Counted from the stretch's first letter, positions 8,311 to 20,175 are shown. The stretch: DNA of 64,000 nucleotides from Polyangiales bacterium (GCA_041389885.1 JAWKRB010000006.1:131101-195100), one strand, 5' to 3'. Numbers and translations: made by a program. Notes: generated from the sequence alone by a model not told the origin.

Positions 8311-11268
8311 ATGGCGAACGAGCTCCGCTTCGATGGAAGGGTCGCGATCGTGACGGGGGCCGGCAACGGCCTCGGGCGGTCGCACGCGTTGCTGCTGGCG
8401 AGCAGGGGGGCGAAGGTCGTGGTGAACGACCTCGGTGGCGCCCACACCGGCGGCGGCCGATCGAGCGCCGCGGCCGACGCGGTGGTCGCGGAGATTCGCG
8501 CGGCGGGCGGCGAGGCGGTGGCGAACTACGACTCGGTCGAGGACGGCGCGAGCATCGTGAAGTCGGCCATCGACGCCTTCGGCCGCGTCGATATCGTGGT
8601 CAACAACGCCGGCATCCTCCGCGACGTCTCCTTCGCGAAGATGACCGAGCAGGACTGGGAGCTCGTCTACCGCGTGCACGTCCTGGGCGCGTACCGGGTG
8701 ACCGCCGCGGCCTGGCCCTACCTGCGCGAGCAGAAGTACGGCCGCGTGATCTTCACCTCCAGCGCCGCGGGCATCTACGGCAACTTCGGCCAGGCCAACT
8801 ACAGCATGGCCAAGCTGGGCGTCGCGGGCTTCGCGAACACCCTCGCCATCGAGGGCCGCAAGAGCAACGTGCTGGTCAACACCATCGCGCCCATCGCGGG
8901 CTCGCGCATGACCGAGACCGTGCTCCCCAAGGAGCTCCTCGACGCCCTCAAGCCCGAGTACGTGAGCGCCCTCGTCGCCGTGCTGGGCCACGAGAGCTCG
9001 GAAGAGACCGGCGGGCTCTTCGAGGTCGGGGGCGGCTTCTACTCCAAGCTGCGCTGGGAGCGCACCGAGGGCGCGACCTTTCGCCTCGGCCGCGCGCTCT
9101 CTCCCGAAGACGTGCGCGGTCGCTGGGGCGACATCACCTCATTCGCGAAGACCACGCACCCCGGCTCCGTCGCCGAGTCGATGCAGAGCATCATGAACAA
9201 CGTCGAGGCCGGGCCCTCGCGCGGCGGCAACGAGTTCATCGACGTCGACGCGGCGCTCGGGTACGAGTTCCCCGAATTCACCTCGCGGCACGACGAGCGC
9301 GACATGGCGCTCTACGCCCTCGGCGTGGGCGCGGGGCGCGACCCCCTCGACGCCGCGGACCTCCGCTACGTCTTCGAGCTGGGCGACGGCTTTCAGGCCC
9401 TCCCGACCTACGCTGTGGTGCCGGTGGTCAACGCGATCCTCGAGATGGGCAAGCGCGGCGAGAGCGCGCCGGGCCTCAATTTCGGCCTCGACCGGGTGCT
9501 CCACGGCGAGCAGTACACCGAGCTCCTCGCGCCCTGGCCCACCAAGGCGAAGCTCAAGCACCGCAGCCGCGTGAAGGCCATCTACGACAAGGGCAAGGGC
9601 GCCGTCGTCGTCAACGAGACCAAGACCTTCGACGAGTCGGGCGCGCTCCTCGCCGTCAACGAGGTCAGCACCTTCGTGCGCGGCGCCGGTGGCTTCGGCG
9701 GCGACCGCGGGCCGGCCTCGGACGTCGCCGTGCCCGAGCGCGCCCCCGACGCCGTGATCGAAGAGAAGACCGCCGAGAATCAGGCCCTGCTCTACCGCCT
9801 CTCGGGCGACTGGAACCCCCTCCACGTCGACCCCGGCTTCGCCCAGGCCTTCGGCTTTCCCCGCCCGATCCTCCACGGCCTGTGCTCCTTCGGCTACGCG
9901 GGCCGCCACGTGCTCCGCGCCTTCGCGAACAACGACGGGCGGCTCTTCAAGAGCATCCGCGTGCGCTTCGCCGACACCGTGCTCCCCGGCGAGACCCTCG
10001 TCACCGAGATGTGGCGCGAGGGTGACCGGGTGATCCTCCGGTGCAAGGTGAAGGAGCGCGACAAGGCCGTGATCACCAACGCGGTAGTCGAGCTGCACCG
10101 CGAGCTCCCGGCCTCGAAGCCCGCGCCCGCGGCCGCTCCGCCGGCGAAGGCCGCGCCCCAGGCCGAGCCCACCAGCGCTGACATCTTCGCGGGGATGGGA
10201 CGCTTCCTCGGCCGCAACGCCGAGATCGCGAAGAAGGTCGGCAAGGTCTTTCAGTTCAAGCTGTCGGCGCCGAACAGCGTGTGGACCGTCGACCTCAAGG
10301 CCAACGCCGTCACCGCGGGGGAGGGCGCGAAGCCCGAGTGCACCCTCGACCTCTCCGACGCCGACTTCATGGACATGTGCACCGGCAAGGCCAACCCCAT
10401 GAAGCTGTTCACCAGCGGCAAGCTGAAGATCAGCGGCGACGTCATGGCGAGCCAGAAGCTCGACTTTCTCCAGAAGATGGACCCGAAGGACGTGCTCGAC
10501 GCGATGCGCGAGCGCGTCGGAGGATCGGCGCCCGCAGCGCCCGCGGCGCCCGCGGCGAGCGGGGTCACGAGCGGCGCGGTCTTCGCGGCGATCGGCGGCT
10601 ACCTCGCGGCGCACCCCGAGGTCGCGAAGTCGGTCGGCAAGGTCTACCAGTTCAGGCTCAGCGACCCCGCGAGCGTCTGGACCCTCGACCTCAAGGCGGG
10701 GACGGTGAGCGAGGGTGAGACGGCGAAGCCCGAGTGCACCCTCGACCTCAGCGACGCAGACTTCATGGCGATGACGGCGGGCAAGGCCAACCCCATGAAG
10801 CTGTTCACCAGCGGTAAGCTGAAGATCAGCGGCGATGTCATGGCGAGCCAGAAGCTCGACTTTCTCCAGAAGATCGACCGCAGCGCGCTCGAGGCCGCCC
10901 CCGCCGCGGCGCCCGTCGCGGCGGCGGCGCCCGCGACCACGGGCCCCGCGGCGGCGGGCGCGCCCGCGATCTTCAAGGCCGTGGCCGAGCGCCTCGCGGC
11001 GAACCCCAGCCTCGCCGAGGAGCTCGGCGCGGTCACGGTGTTCAACGTGCTCGAGCCCGACGGGCAGTGGTCCATCGCGGGCGCGTCGGTCACGCAGGGC
11101 AAGGCGCCCGGCGCGACGGCCTTCCTCTCCCTGCGCGACGAGGACCTGGTGGCGCTCGCGCGGGGCGAGGTCGACGCGCGCTCGCTCTACCAGCAGGGGA
11201 GGCTCCGGGTGGACGGCGACGTTCGCGCGGCGCATCGCATCGGATTCATCAAGGGCACCGCGGGCTGA
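8311..11268 (+). CDS. multifunctional beta-oxidation enzyme (MFE-2-like): SDR dehydrogenase + MaoC-like enoyl-CoA hydratase + three SCP2 sterol-carrier domains
   Basis: N-terminal SDR (TGAGNGLGR Rossmann motif, NNAG, YSMAK). Hot-dog hydratase ([24 protein letters not shown]). Two near-identical SCP2 domains ([18 protein letters not shown]... and [18 protein letters not shown]..., both ending [25 protein letters not shown]) plus a third, divergent SCP2-like domain. ATG at 8311 is preceded by GAGG. Confidence 0.85.
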   Translation: MANELRFDGRVAIVTGAGNGLGRSHALLLASRGAKVVVNDLGGAHTGGGRSSAAADAVVAEIRAAGGEAVANYDSVEDGASIVKSAIDAFGRVDIVVNNAGILRDVSFAKMTEQDWELVYRVHVLGAYRVTAAAWPYLREQKYGRVIFTSSAAGIYGNFGQANYSMAKLGVAGFANTLAIEGRKSNVLVNTIAPIAGSRMTETVLPKELLDALKPEYVSALVAVLGHESSEETGGLFEVGGGFYSKLRWERTEGATFRLGRALSPEDVRGRWGDITSFAKTTHPGSVAESMQSIMNNVEAGPSRGGNEFIDVDAALGYEFPEFTSRHDERDMALYALGVGAGRDPLDAADLRYVFELGDGFQALPTYAVVPVVNAILEMGKRGESAPGLNFGLDRVLHGEQYTELLAPWPTKAKLKHRSRVKAIYDKGKGAVVVNETKTFDESGALLAVNEVSTFVRGAGGFGGDRGPASDVAVPERAPDAVIEEKTAENQALLYRLSGDWNPLHVDPGFAQAFGFPRPILHGLCSFGYAGRHVLRAFANNDGRLFKSIRVRFADTVLPGETLVTEMWREGDRVILRCKVKERDKAVITNAVVELHRELPASKPAPAAAPPAKAAPQAEPTSADIFAGMGRFLGRNAEIAKKVGKVFQFKLSAPNSVWTVDLKANAVTAGEGAKPECTLDLSDADFMDMCTGKANPMKLFTSGKLKISGDVMASQKLDFLQKMDPKDVLDAMRERVGGSAPAAPAAPAASGVTSGAVFAAIGGYLAAHPEVAKSVGKVYQFRLSDPASVWTLDLKAGTVSEGETAKPECTLDLSDADFMAMTAGKANPMKLFTSGKLKISGDVMASQKLDFLQKIDRSALEAAPAAAPVAAAAPATTGPAAAGAPAIFKAVAERLAANPSLAEELGAVTVFNVLEPDGQWSIAGASVTQGKAPGATAFLSLRDEDLVALARGEVDARSLYQQGRLRVDGDVRAAHRIGFIKGTAG

Positions 11269-11314
11269 ACGGCGCCAAGACCCTCCAACAACGACTCAAG
11301 CGAAGGAGAATCAA

Positions 11315-12493
11315 ATGGGACGTCGCGTGAATGTCATCGGTGTCGGGATGGTGAAGTTCCAGAAGCCCGGCGCGAGCGACGAGTACAACGTCATGGCGTC
11401 AGGGGCGATCCGCGCGGCGCTCGCCGACGCGGGGGTGCCCTTCGACGCCATCGAGCAGGCCTACGCGGGCTACGTCTTCGGCGACTCGACCTGCGGGCAG
11501 CGGGCGGTCTACGAGGTCGGGCTCACGGGCATCCCCGTGTTCAACGTGAACAACAACTGCTCGACGGGCTCGACCGCGCTGATGCTCGCGCGACAGGCCG
11601 TCGAGGGCGGGCTCGCGGAGTGCGTCCTCGCCGTCGGCTTCGAGCAGATGCAGAAGGGCGCCCTCGAGGCCAAGTGGTCCGACCGGACCAACCCCCTCGA
11701 CAAGCACGTCGGCACGATGAACGACCAGCAGGGCTTCACCCAGGCCCCCGCGGCGGCGCAGATGTTCGGCGGCGCCGGCCGCGAGTACCGCTGGCGCCAC
11801 GGCACCAAGCGCGAGACCTTCGCGCAGGTGAGCGTGAAGGCGCGGCAGCACGCGAGCCGCAACCCCCTCGCGCTCTTCCCCGAGACCCTCACCCTCGAGC
11901 AGGTCATGAGCTCCCCCGAGGTGTTCGACCCGCTCACCCGCTACCAGTGCTGCCCGCCCACCTGCGGCGCCGCCGCGGCCGTCGTGTGCAGCGATGAGTT
12001 CGCGCGAAAGTACGGCATCGCGAACCCCGTCTACATCGCCGCCCAGGCGATGACCACGGACTACGGGTCGAGCTTCGGCGACTCGATGATCAAGATGGTG
12101 GGCTACGACATGGCCAAGGCCGCCGCCGATCAGGTCTACGAGCGCGCGGGCCTCGGCCCCAAGGACGTGCAGGTCATCGAGCTGCACGACTGCTTTACAG
12201 CGAACGAGATCCTCACCTACGAGGCCCTCGGGCTCTGCGGCGAGGGCGAGGCCGAGAAGCTCATCGAGGCCGGCGACAACACCTACGGCGGGCGTTGGGT
12301 GACCAACCCCTCTGGGGGGCTGCTCTCCAAGGGCCACCCCCTCGGCGCGACAGGGCTGGCGCAGTGCACCGAGCTCGTGTGGCAGCTCCGCGGCCAGGCC
12401 GATCGCCGTCAGGTCGAGGGGGCGCGCGTCGCGCTCCAGCACAACCTGGGCCTCGGCGGCGCCTGCGTCGTCACGATGTACCGCCGCGACTGA
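11315..12493 (+). CDS. SCPx-type thiolase (nonspecific lipid-transfer protein thiolase domain; 3-ketoacyl-CoA thiolase)
   Basis: ATG preceded by GAAGGAG. Thiolase motifs [11 protein letters not shown] (active Cys), [28 protein letters not shown]. The upstream part of track ORF 10835..12493 is Arg-rich antisense-type junk. Confidence 0.85.
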   Translation: MGRRVNVIGVGMVKFQKPGASDEYNVMASGAIRAALADAGVPFDAIEQAYAGYVFGDSTCGQRAVYEVGLTGIPVFNVNNNCSTGSTALMLARQAVEGGLAECVLAVGFEQMQKGALEAKWSDRTNPLDKHVGTMNDQQGFTQAPAAAQMFGGAGREYRWRHGTKRETFAQVSVKARQHASRNPLALFPETLTLEQVMSSPEVFDPLTRYQCCPPTCGAAAAVVCSDEFARKYGIANPVYIAAQAMTTDYGSSFGDSMIKMVGYDMAKAAADQVYERAGLGPKDVQVIELHDCFTANEILTYEALGLCGEGEAEKLIEAGDNTYGGRWVTNPSGGLLSKGHPLGATGLAQCTELVWQLRGQADRRQVEGARVALQHNLGLGGACVVTMYRRD

Positions 12494-12508
12494 CCCTCTC
12501 TACGAAGC

Positions 12509-13582
<1,074 letters not shown>

Positions 13583-13715
13583 GCGCTCTCAGGTACCACA
13601 AGGGAGCTTGTTCCGCCGCGCGGCGTGTGATCCGATGATCGACGCCAGTCCGTCAAGCAAGAGAGCGCGTTCGCGCAAAGCCGAGACGGTCGCGCAGCGC
13701 CAAGAGAGACGGTTC

Positions 13716-15199
13716 ATGGCTGACACGAAGACGACGAAGAAGCCCGCGGCGAAGAAGCCCGCGGTGACGAAGAAGACGACCGCCGCGAAGAAGGCGGCCG
13801 TCGCGAAGCCCGCGGCGAAGAAGCCCGCGGCGAAGAAGTCCACCGTGGCGAAGGCGACCGTCGCGAAGAAGGCGACGACCGCGAAGAAGCCCGTCGCGAA
13901 GAAGCCCGTCGCGAAGAAGGCGACCGTCGTGAAGAAGGCGACCGCTGCGAAGAAGCCCGTGGCGAAGAAGGGACGACCGCAACTTCTGCGAAGCCTGCCG
14001 CGAAGAAGGCGACGACCGCGAAGAAGCCCGTCACGAAGAAGAAGCCCGTGGCGAAGAAGAAGCCCGTGGCGAAGAAGGCGACCGCTGCGAAGCCTGCCGC
14101 GAAGAAGGCGACCGTCACGAAGAAGGCGACCGTCACGAAGCCCGCCGCGAAGAAGGCGACGACCGCGAAGAAGGCGACCGCTGCGAAGCCTGCCGCGAAG
14201 AAAGCGACGACCGCGAAGAAGCCCGTGGCGAAGAAGGCGACCGCTGCGAAGCCTGCCGCGAAGAAAGCGACGACCGCGAAGAAGCCCGTGGCGAAGAAGG
14301 CGACCGCTGCGAAGAAGGCGACCGTCGCGAAGAAGGTGACCGTCGCGAAGAAGGCGACCGCTGCGAAGAAGGCGACCGCTGCGAAGAAGGCGACCGTCGC
14401 GAAGAAGGTGACCGTCGCGAAGAAGGCGACCGTCGCGAAGAAGGCGACCGTTGCGAAGAAGGCGACCGTCGCGAAGAAGGCGACCGTCGCGAAGCCCGTC
14501 GCGAAGAAGGCGACCGTCGCGAAGCCCGCGGCGAAGAAGACCATCGCCGCGAAGGAGACGACCGCCGCCGAGGAGCTCGTCGTGCAGCCCGAGCCGGTCG
14601 CGACGAAGGCGACCGCCGTGAACGAGTCGAGCGCGACGAAGCCCAGGGCGAAGGCCGCCGTTGCGAAGAAGGTCGTCTCCGAGGCAGACGGCGGTCCGTC
14701 GGGCGAGGTCGCCGAGCGCGCGGCGCCCCTCCGCCCGAAGACCGAGCGACGGACCGGGAACAAGGCAGCGCCGGCCCCGACCAACGGGGCTGCGTCCGAG
14801 GTGAGCGGGCAGCAGCTGAGGCTCGAGAGCGCCCGCGCGCTGGCCAGGCTCGTCGCCGCGTCGGGCCTTGAGAAGAAGGCCGACCGCATCGACATCCTCG
14901 ATGTCACCGAGAAGGTCGACTACGCCGACTTCCTGGTGCTCATGTCGGGGCGCTCGGACCGGCAGGTGCAGTCGATCGCCGGCGGGATCGAGGAGGCGCT
15001 GAAGCTCCTCGGGCACCGACCCGCCTCGGTCGAGGGCATGGCGCAGGGGCACTGGGTGATCGTCGACTACGGCGATGTCATCGTGCACATCTTTCAAGAG
15101 GAGGCGCGGCGCTACTACGACCTCGACGGCCTCTGGCTCGACGCGCGGAGGGTCCCCTTCGAGAGCGCGTCCCGCCCGTCTGCCTCGCCCCCCGCGTGA
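13716..15199 (+). CDS. rsfS: ribosome silencing factor RsfS (Iojap) fused to a long N-terminal Lys/Ala-rich histone-H1/AlgP-like repeat domain; the reading frame shifts once inside the repeats (about nt 13972)
   Basis: The C-terminal approximately 110 aa (ADRIDILDVTEKVDYADFLVLMSGRSDRQVQSIAGGIEEALK...VIVDYGDVIVHIFQEEARRYYDLDGLW) matches the RsfS/DUF143 fold. It is preceded in the same frame (14048..15199) by about 170 aa of AKK(A/P)(T/A/V) repeats. A further approximately 85 aa of the same repeats lie upstream in another frame (13716..~13972). The conserved rsfS-rlmH neighbourhood is present. Confidence 0.6.
13720..14560 (+). repeat. coding tandem repeats (15-30 nt units, gcgaagaag-gcg/ccc-acc/gtc...) encoding KKxAxAKK arrays
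   Basis: Obvious nucleotide-level periodicity. The opposite strand yields spurious FFAAVAFFA ORFs. Confidence 0.8.
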
Positions 15200-15642
15200 A
15201 GCTGGTCATCGTCGCGGTCGGAAAGGTCAAGGAGGCCGGCCTCCGCGACCTCCTCGACGAGTACTACGGGCGCACCCGGCGCTACGCCGAGCTCGTCGAG
15301 CACGAGATCAAGGACGACCGAGAGGACCGCGTCGTCGCGGCCTTCGACGCGGCGATCGCCAAGGCCGGGCCCCGCGCCGAGCTCGTCGCCCTCGAGGTGG
15401 GCGGCGACGCCCTCAGCAGCGAGGGATTCTCCCGACGCGTCGACGACGCGTGGCAGCGAGCCGCGGTGCTCGTGTTCGCGATCGGAGGATCCGAGGGGCT
15501 GCCGCGCGCGGTATCGTCCCGGGCCCGGTGGCGACTCTCGCTCGGGTCGATGACCCTGCCCCACCGCCTCGCACGCCTCATCCTCGCCGAGCAGGTGTAC
15601 CGCGCGTTCACCATCCTCAAGGGCGAGCCCTACAACAAGTGA
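15196..15642 (+). CDS. rlmH: 23S rRNA (pseudouridine1915-N3)-methyltransferase RlmH (SPOUT family)
   Basis: MKLVIVAVGK...LVFAIGGSEGL...SLGSMTLPHRLARLILAEQVYRA motifs are typical of RlmH. The GTG start overlaps the rsfS stop (GTGA). Confidence 0.85.
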   Translation: MKLVIVAVGKVKEAGLRDLLDEYYGRTRRYAELVEHEIKDDREDRVVAAFDAAIAKAGPRAELVALEVGGDALSSEGFSRRVDDAWQRAAVLVFAIGGSEGLPRAVSSRARWRLSLGSMTLPHRLARLILAEQVYRAFTILKGEPYNK

Positions 15643-15646
15643 TCCC

Positions 15647-17068
15647 ATGACAGAACCGAAGCCCATGCGCCCCAAGGCGGTCCTCGTCGGCGTGCACCTC
15701 CCCGACGTCTCCGAGGGCGAGCACGCGTCCTCCCTCGCCGAGCTCAGCCGGCTCGTGCACACGCTGGGGTACGACGTCGTCGGTCAGGTGAGCCAGCGCC
15801 GATCGCACCTCTCCGCGAGCGCCGTGGTCGGCGCCGGAAAGCTCAAGGACCTCGCGCTGTACACCGACGGCGTCGGCGTGGTCCCCAGCAGCGCGCCGGT
15901 GAAGAAGCGCCGCATCGACCGAGAGGTGACCGAGGCGCCCGACGCGCCCGAGTCCCTCGACGCAGACGACGCCCTCGACCCTGAGCTCGACGACGATGAG
16001 GAGGTCGGCGAGCCCATTCGCACCGACGGCGACACCGAGCTCGTCGCCGTGGACCACGACCTCACCCCCACGCAAGCGCGAAACCTCGAGCGCGCGACGG
16101 GCGCGACGGTGATGGACCGCTCGGCGGTGATCCTCGAGATCTTTCACCGCCACGCCCGCTCCCGCGAGGCGCGGCTGCAGGTCGAGATCGCGCGGCTGAA
16201 CTACCTCGCGCCCAGGCTGCGCGAGGGCGTCGGCGGCGACCGCCAGCGCGGCGGCATCGGCGGCAAGGGCGCCGGCGAGAGCGCCCTGGAGCTCGACCGA
16301 CGGCGCATCCGCGATCGCGTCGCCGAGCTGCGCCGCGAGCTCGACTCGATCTCGCACGAGCACGACGTGCGGCGCGCGCGCCGCAAGGAGCAGCTGCGCG
16401 TCGCCCTGGTGGGCTACACCAACGCCGGCAAGAGCTCGCTCATGCGCGCGCTCACGGGCAGCGAGGTGTACGTCGCCGACAAGCTCTTCGCGACCCTCGA
16501 CACCACCGTGCGCACCCTGCACCCGCCGAGCGCGCCCAAGGTGCTGGTGTCAGACACCGTGGGCTTCATCAAGAAGCTGCCGCACGACCTGGTGGCGTCG
16601 TTTCGCTCGACCCTCGACGAGGCCCGAGAGGCCTCGCTGCTGCTGCACGTCGTCGACGGGAGCGACCCCGCGTGGCCGTCGCAGCACCAGGTGACGAGGA
16701 CCGTCCTCGAAGAGATCCACGCGGGGGACATCGACACGCTGCTGGTGATCAACAAGGCCGACCGCATCGCCGACGACGAGCTCGCGGCCCTCGCCGAGGC
16801 CCACCCCGACGCCGTGCTGCTCAGCGCCAAGCGACCCGACGACGTCGCGCGGCTGCGCGAGCTGATCCTCTCGCGCATGGAGGCCGAGATGGACGAGGCG
16901 ACGGTGGACGTCCCCTTCGGCAAGGAGCGCGCGCTGCCGCTGATCCACGAGTCGTGCAGGGTGATCGAAGAGGCGTGGGACGAGCGCGGCGGACACTTTC
17001 GTGTGCGCGCGCTCCCCGACGTGCTGGCCAGGCTGAAGGCCGCCCTCGGAGGAGGGGGCGGCGCGTAA
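15647..17068 (+). CDS. hflX: GTPase HflX
   Basis: HflX N-terminal domain, followed by G-domain motifs GYTNAGKSSL (G1), DTVGF (G3), NKAD (G4), SAK (G5). A long acidic insertion (approximately PDAPESLDADDALDPELDDDEEVGEP) lies in the N-terminal domain. Confidence 0.9.
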   Translation: MTEPKPMRPKAVLVGVHLPDVSEGEHASSLAELSRLVHTLGYDVVGQVSQRRSHLSASAVVGAGKLKDLALYTDGVGVVPSSAPVKKRRIDREVTEAPDAPESLDADDALDPELDDDEEVGEPIRTDGDTELVAVDHDLTPTQARNLERATGATVMDRSAVILEIFHRHARSREARLQVEIARLNYLAPRLREGVGGDRQRGGIGGKGAGESALELDRRRIRDRVAELRRELDSISHEHDVRRARRKEQLRVALVGYTNAGKSSLMRALTGSEVYVADKLFATLDTTVRTLHPPSAPKVLVSDTVGFIKKLPHDLVASFRSTLDEAREASLLLHVVDGSDPAWPSQHQVTRTVLEEIHAGDIDTLLVINKADRIADDELAALAEAHPDAVLLSAKRPDDVARLRELILSRMEAEMDEATVDVPFGKERALPLIHESCRVIEEAWDERGGHFRVRALPDVLARLKAALGGGGGA

Positions 17069-17109
17069 GAGAGGGCGAAGGAAGGATCGTGCGCGACGCG
17101 CGTGGCCCG

Positions 17110-17472
17110 TCAGGCCGCCCGCGTCTTCTTCTTGCCGGCCGCCTCGCTGCGGGCGGGGCCGGGCTTGATCTCGCGGCTCTCGGGCTCGTCGCTGAGCTCG
17201 CCGATGCCGAGCTCGCCGCGCTCCTCGAGGAGGTGCAGGCTGTACGCGATCTTCGCGCGCTGGGCGCGCTTCGCGTCGTTGTAGGCGCCGACGATGTCCT
17301 TCACGATCTCGCGGGCGCCCGTGAGCTTGTCGTCCTGACCCTGCTCGCGCTCGACCTCGCGGAGCTGCGTCTCGGCCCGAATGATCTCGGCGCGCAGCGC
17401 GTCGCCGTCCATGCCCGCGGCGTCTTCGACGAAGCCTACGGGGAGCTTGGCGATGATCTTCTTGATGTCCAA
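17110..17472 (-). CDS. hypothetical protein (predicted coiled-coil, charged)
   Basis: TTG start is preceded by GAGGAGG at a 7-nt spacer. No recognisable domain by eye. Confidence 0.4.
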   Translation of the reverse strand: MDIKKIIAKLPVGFVEDAAGMDGDALRAEIIRAETQLREVEREQGQDDKLTGAREIVKDIVGAYNDAKRAQRAKIAYSLHLLEERGELGIGELSDEPESREIKPGPARSEAAGKKKTRAA

Positions 17473-17569
17473 ATGAGATACCTCCTCGGGCGGGGTCTAT
17501 CCCCGTCGCCGACCCCCGCGCGAATTTCTGACAGCCCCTCCCGGGCGGGGCGTTGCTACAACCCCCGGA

Positions 17570-20140
17570 ATGCTCCGGCTCCCCATCGACGACGCGCTCC
17601 CCGAGCTCCTCGCGGCGCTCAAGGCGCGCGGCGCCGCGGTGCTCGAGGCGCCCCCGGGCGCGGGCAAGACCACCCGCGTCCCCGTGGCGGTGCTCGACGC
17701 CGGACTGGCGGGCGACAAGGAGGTCGTGGTGCTCGAGCCGCGGCGGCTCGCCGCGCGCATGGCCGCCCGCCGGGTGGCCGAAGAGCGCGGCGAGCGCGTC
17801 GGCGAGACCGTGGGCTACCAGGTGCGCTTCGACGACGTGAGCAGCGCGCGCACGCGCGTGCGCTTCGTGACCGAGGGGATCCTCACCCGCCGACTCCTGA
17901 GCGACCCCGAGCTCAGGGACGTCGGCGTGGTGCTCCTCGACGAGTTTCACGAGAGGCACCTCCACGGCGACGTCGCGCTCGCGATGCTGCGCAGGCTCCA
18001 GCGGGGCGCGAGGCCAGACCTCCGCGTCGCGGCGATGTCGGCGACCCTCGACGGCGCCGCGGTGGCGGACTTTCTCGGTGAGCCTGGAGCTCCAGCCCCA
18101 TGCGTGCGCTCGGAGGGCCGGCGCTTCGAGGTCGCGATCGAGCACGCGCGCAGCGCGGACGACCGACCGCTCTCGGCGCGGGTCGCGTCGGCGGTGCGGG
18201 CGCTCTGCGACGAGGGGCTCGACGGCGACGTGCTGGTGTTCCTCCCGGGCGCGGCGGAGATCCGACGCGCGATGGGCGCGTGCGCGGCGGTCGCGCAGCA
18301 GCACGACCTCATGGTCGTTCCGCTCCACGGCGAGCTGCCCCCCGCCGAGCAGGATCGGGCGATCGCGCCCGCGACGCGCCGCAAGGTGATCCTCTCGACG
18401 AACGTGGCCGAGACCAGCGTGACCATCGACGGCGTCGTCGCGGTGATCGACGGCGGCCTCGCGCGCGTCGCCGGTCACGCGGCCTGGTCGGGCCTGCCCA
18501 CCCTCCGCGAGTCGCGCGTCTCCAAGGCCGCTGCGACGCAGCGCGCCGGGCGCGCCGGACGCACCCGCCCAGGCCGCTGCGTGCGGCTGTACACCCGCCA
18601 CGATTTCGACACCCGCCCTGAGTACGAGCGCGCCGAGGTGCTGCGCCTCGACCTGGCCGAGACCGCCCTCGCGCTGCACGCGGGGGGCGAGCGCGACCTC
18701 CGGGCCTTCCCCTGGTTCGAGGCGCCACCCGGCGCCAGCGTCGACGCCGCCGACGCGCTGCTGCGCCGCCTGGGCGCCGTGGGCGAGGGCGGTGGGATCA
18801 CCCGCCTGGGTCGGGAAATGGCGCGCCTCCCCCTGCACCCCCGGCTAGCGCGGCTGGTGCTCGAGGCCGAGGCGAGGGGCGTCGCGCGAGAGGGGTGCAC
18901 CGCGGCGGCGATCCTCGGAGAGCGCGAGCTGGACCTCGGGCGGCGCGGCGGTCCCGGCGGCGCCCGGCGGGGACCGCGAGAGCACGGCCCCTCGGACCTC
19001 GCGGCGTCGATGGCGTCCTTTCACGAGGCCGCCGCGCTCCGCTTCGACGCCAACTCCCTGCGGCACATGGACCTCGACGTCGGCGCAGCCCTCGCCGTCG
19101 ACCGCGCCCGCAAGCAGGTCGAGCGCGCGCTGCGCGGTCGCGCGCCGGGTGGGTCGAGCGTCTCTCCCGGCGACGCTGACGAGGCCCTGCGCGTGGCGGT
19201 GCTCGCGGCGTACCCCGACCGCGTCGCGCGTCGGCAGCGCGGCGCGGAGCTCGCCCTGGTCGTCGGGGGCACGGCCACGCTCTCGCCTCAGAGCGAGGTG
19301 CAAGACGCGCCCTTCCTCGTCGCCGTCGACGCCGAGGAGCGGAGCGACGGACGGGGCCGCGCCGTGACCGTGCGGACGGCGAGCGCGATCGAGCCCGAGT
19401 GGCTCCTCGAGCTCTTTCCCGACGCGATTCGAGAGACCGTCGAGACGCGCTGGGTCGCGGCCGACGAGCGCGTGGAGGCCGTGGCGAGGCTCTCGTACGA
19501 GTCCCTGGTGCTCGATGAGACCCGCGGGCCCAAGACCCCCGAGGCCGACGCCGCCGTGGCCCAGAGGCTCGGCGACGAGGCCGCCGCCCGGGGCGTGTAT
19601 CACTTCGTCGACGACCGCGACGCCCTCGACCGATTCATGGCGCGGGTGACCTTCGCGTCGGAGCGCTCGAGCGCCGTGCGGCCCTTCGACGAGGCGCGCG
19701 CGGCGCGGGTGCTGCGCGCGATGTGCGAGGGCCGGAGGTCCTTCGCCGAGCTGCGCTCGGCGGGGCTGCTCGGGGCGCTCCGAGACGACCTCGAGGGCAG
19801 GGAGCTGCAGCTCGTCGAGCGCCTCGCGCCCGAGCGGGTGACCCTGGGCGGAGGGCGCGCCGTGCGGGTGAACTACGAGCGCGCCAAGGCCCCGTGGATC
19901 GAGTCGCGGCTGCAAGACTTCTTCGGCATGGCCGAGGGGCCCAGGGTGGGAGACGCGGCGCTGGTGCTGCACCTCCTCGCGCCCAACCACCGGGCGGTGC
20001 AGGTGACCACCGACCTCGCCGGTTTCTGGGTGCGGCACTACCCCGCGATTCGAAGAGAACTGTGTCGGCAGTACCCCCGGCACCTGTGGCCCGAGGACGG
20101 GCGCGTCGCGAAGCCTCCGCCGCCCAACCGCGTGCGCTGA
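17570..20140 (+). CDS. hrpB: ATP-dependent RNA helicase HrpB (DEAH-box)
   Basis: Walker A PPGAGKTT, DEFHER (DEAH variant), SATL, and QRAGRAGR in motif VI. Length and C-terminal HrpB domain are consistent with the family. Confidence 0.9.
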   Translation: MLRLPIDDALPELLAALKARGAAVLEAPPGAGKTTRVPVAVLDAGLAGDKEVVVLEPRRLAARMAARRVAEERGERVGETVGYQVRFDDVSSARTRVRFVTEGILTRRLLSDPELRDVGVVLLDEFHERHLHGDVALAMLRRLQRGARPDLRVAAMSATLDGAAVADFLGEPGAPAPCVRSEGRRFEVAIEHARSADDRPLSARVASAVRALCDEGLDGDVLVFLPGAAEIRRAMGACAAVAQQHDLMVVPLHGELPPAEQDRAIAPATRRKVILSTNVAETSVTIDGVVAVIDGGLARVAGHAAWSGLPTLRESRVSKAAATQRAGRAGRTRPGRCVRLYTRHDFDTRPEYERAEVLRLDLAETALALHAGGERDLRAFPWFEAPPGASVDAADALLRRLGAVGEGGGITRLGREMARLPLHPRLARLVLEAEARGVAREGCTAAAILGERELDLGRRGGPGGARRGPREHGPSDLAASMASFHEAAALRFDANSLRHMDLDVGAALAVDRARKQVERALRGRAPGGSSVSPGDADEALRVAVLAAYPDRVARRQRGAELALVVGGTATLSPQSEVQDAPFLVAVDAEERSDGRGRAVTVRTASAIEPEWLLELFPDAIRETVETRWVAADERVEAVARLSYESLVLDETRGPKTPEADAAVAQRLGDEAAARGVYHFVDDRDALDRFMARVTFASERSSAVRPFDEARAARVLRAMCEGRRSFAELRSAGLLGALRDDLEGRELQLVERLAPERVTLGGGRAVRVNYERAKAPWIESRLQDFFGMAEGPRVGDAALVLHLLAPNHRAVQVTTDLAGFWVRHYPAIRRELCRQYPRHLWPEDGRVAKPPPPNRVR

Positions 20141-20175
20141 CAGCGGCGAGAGCGCCGTGCTAGGCCGAGAGGCGC

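Noticed and set aside
6922-11235. Minus-strand ORFs of 689 and 698 aa antisense to the JmjC gene and the MFE-2 gene
   Set aside because: No motifs and an RG/HR-rich composition. They overlap well-supported sense genes.
13589-15097. Minus-strand ORFs encoding FFAAVAFFA / GRLLRDGRLLR repeats
   Set aside because: These are antisense translations of the Lys/Ala tandem repeat and are not plausible proteins.
16550-20083. Minus-strand ORFs (762 and 412 aa) antisense to hflX and hrpB
   Set aside because: GC-driven open frames opposite confidently assigned helicase and GTPase genes.
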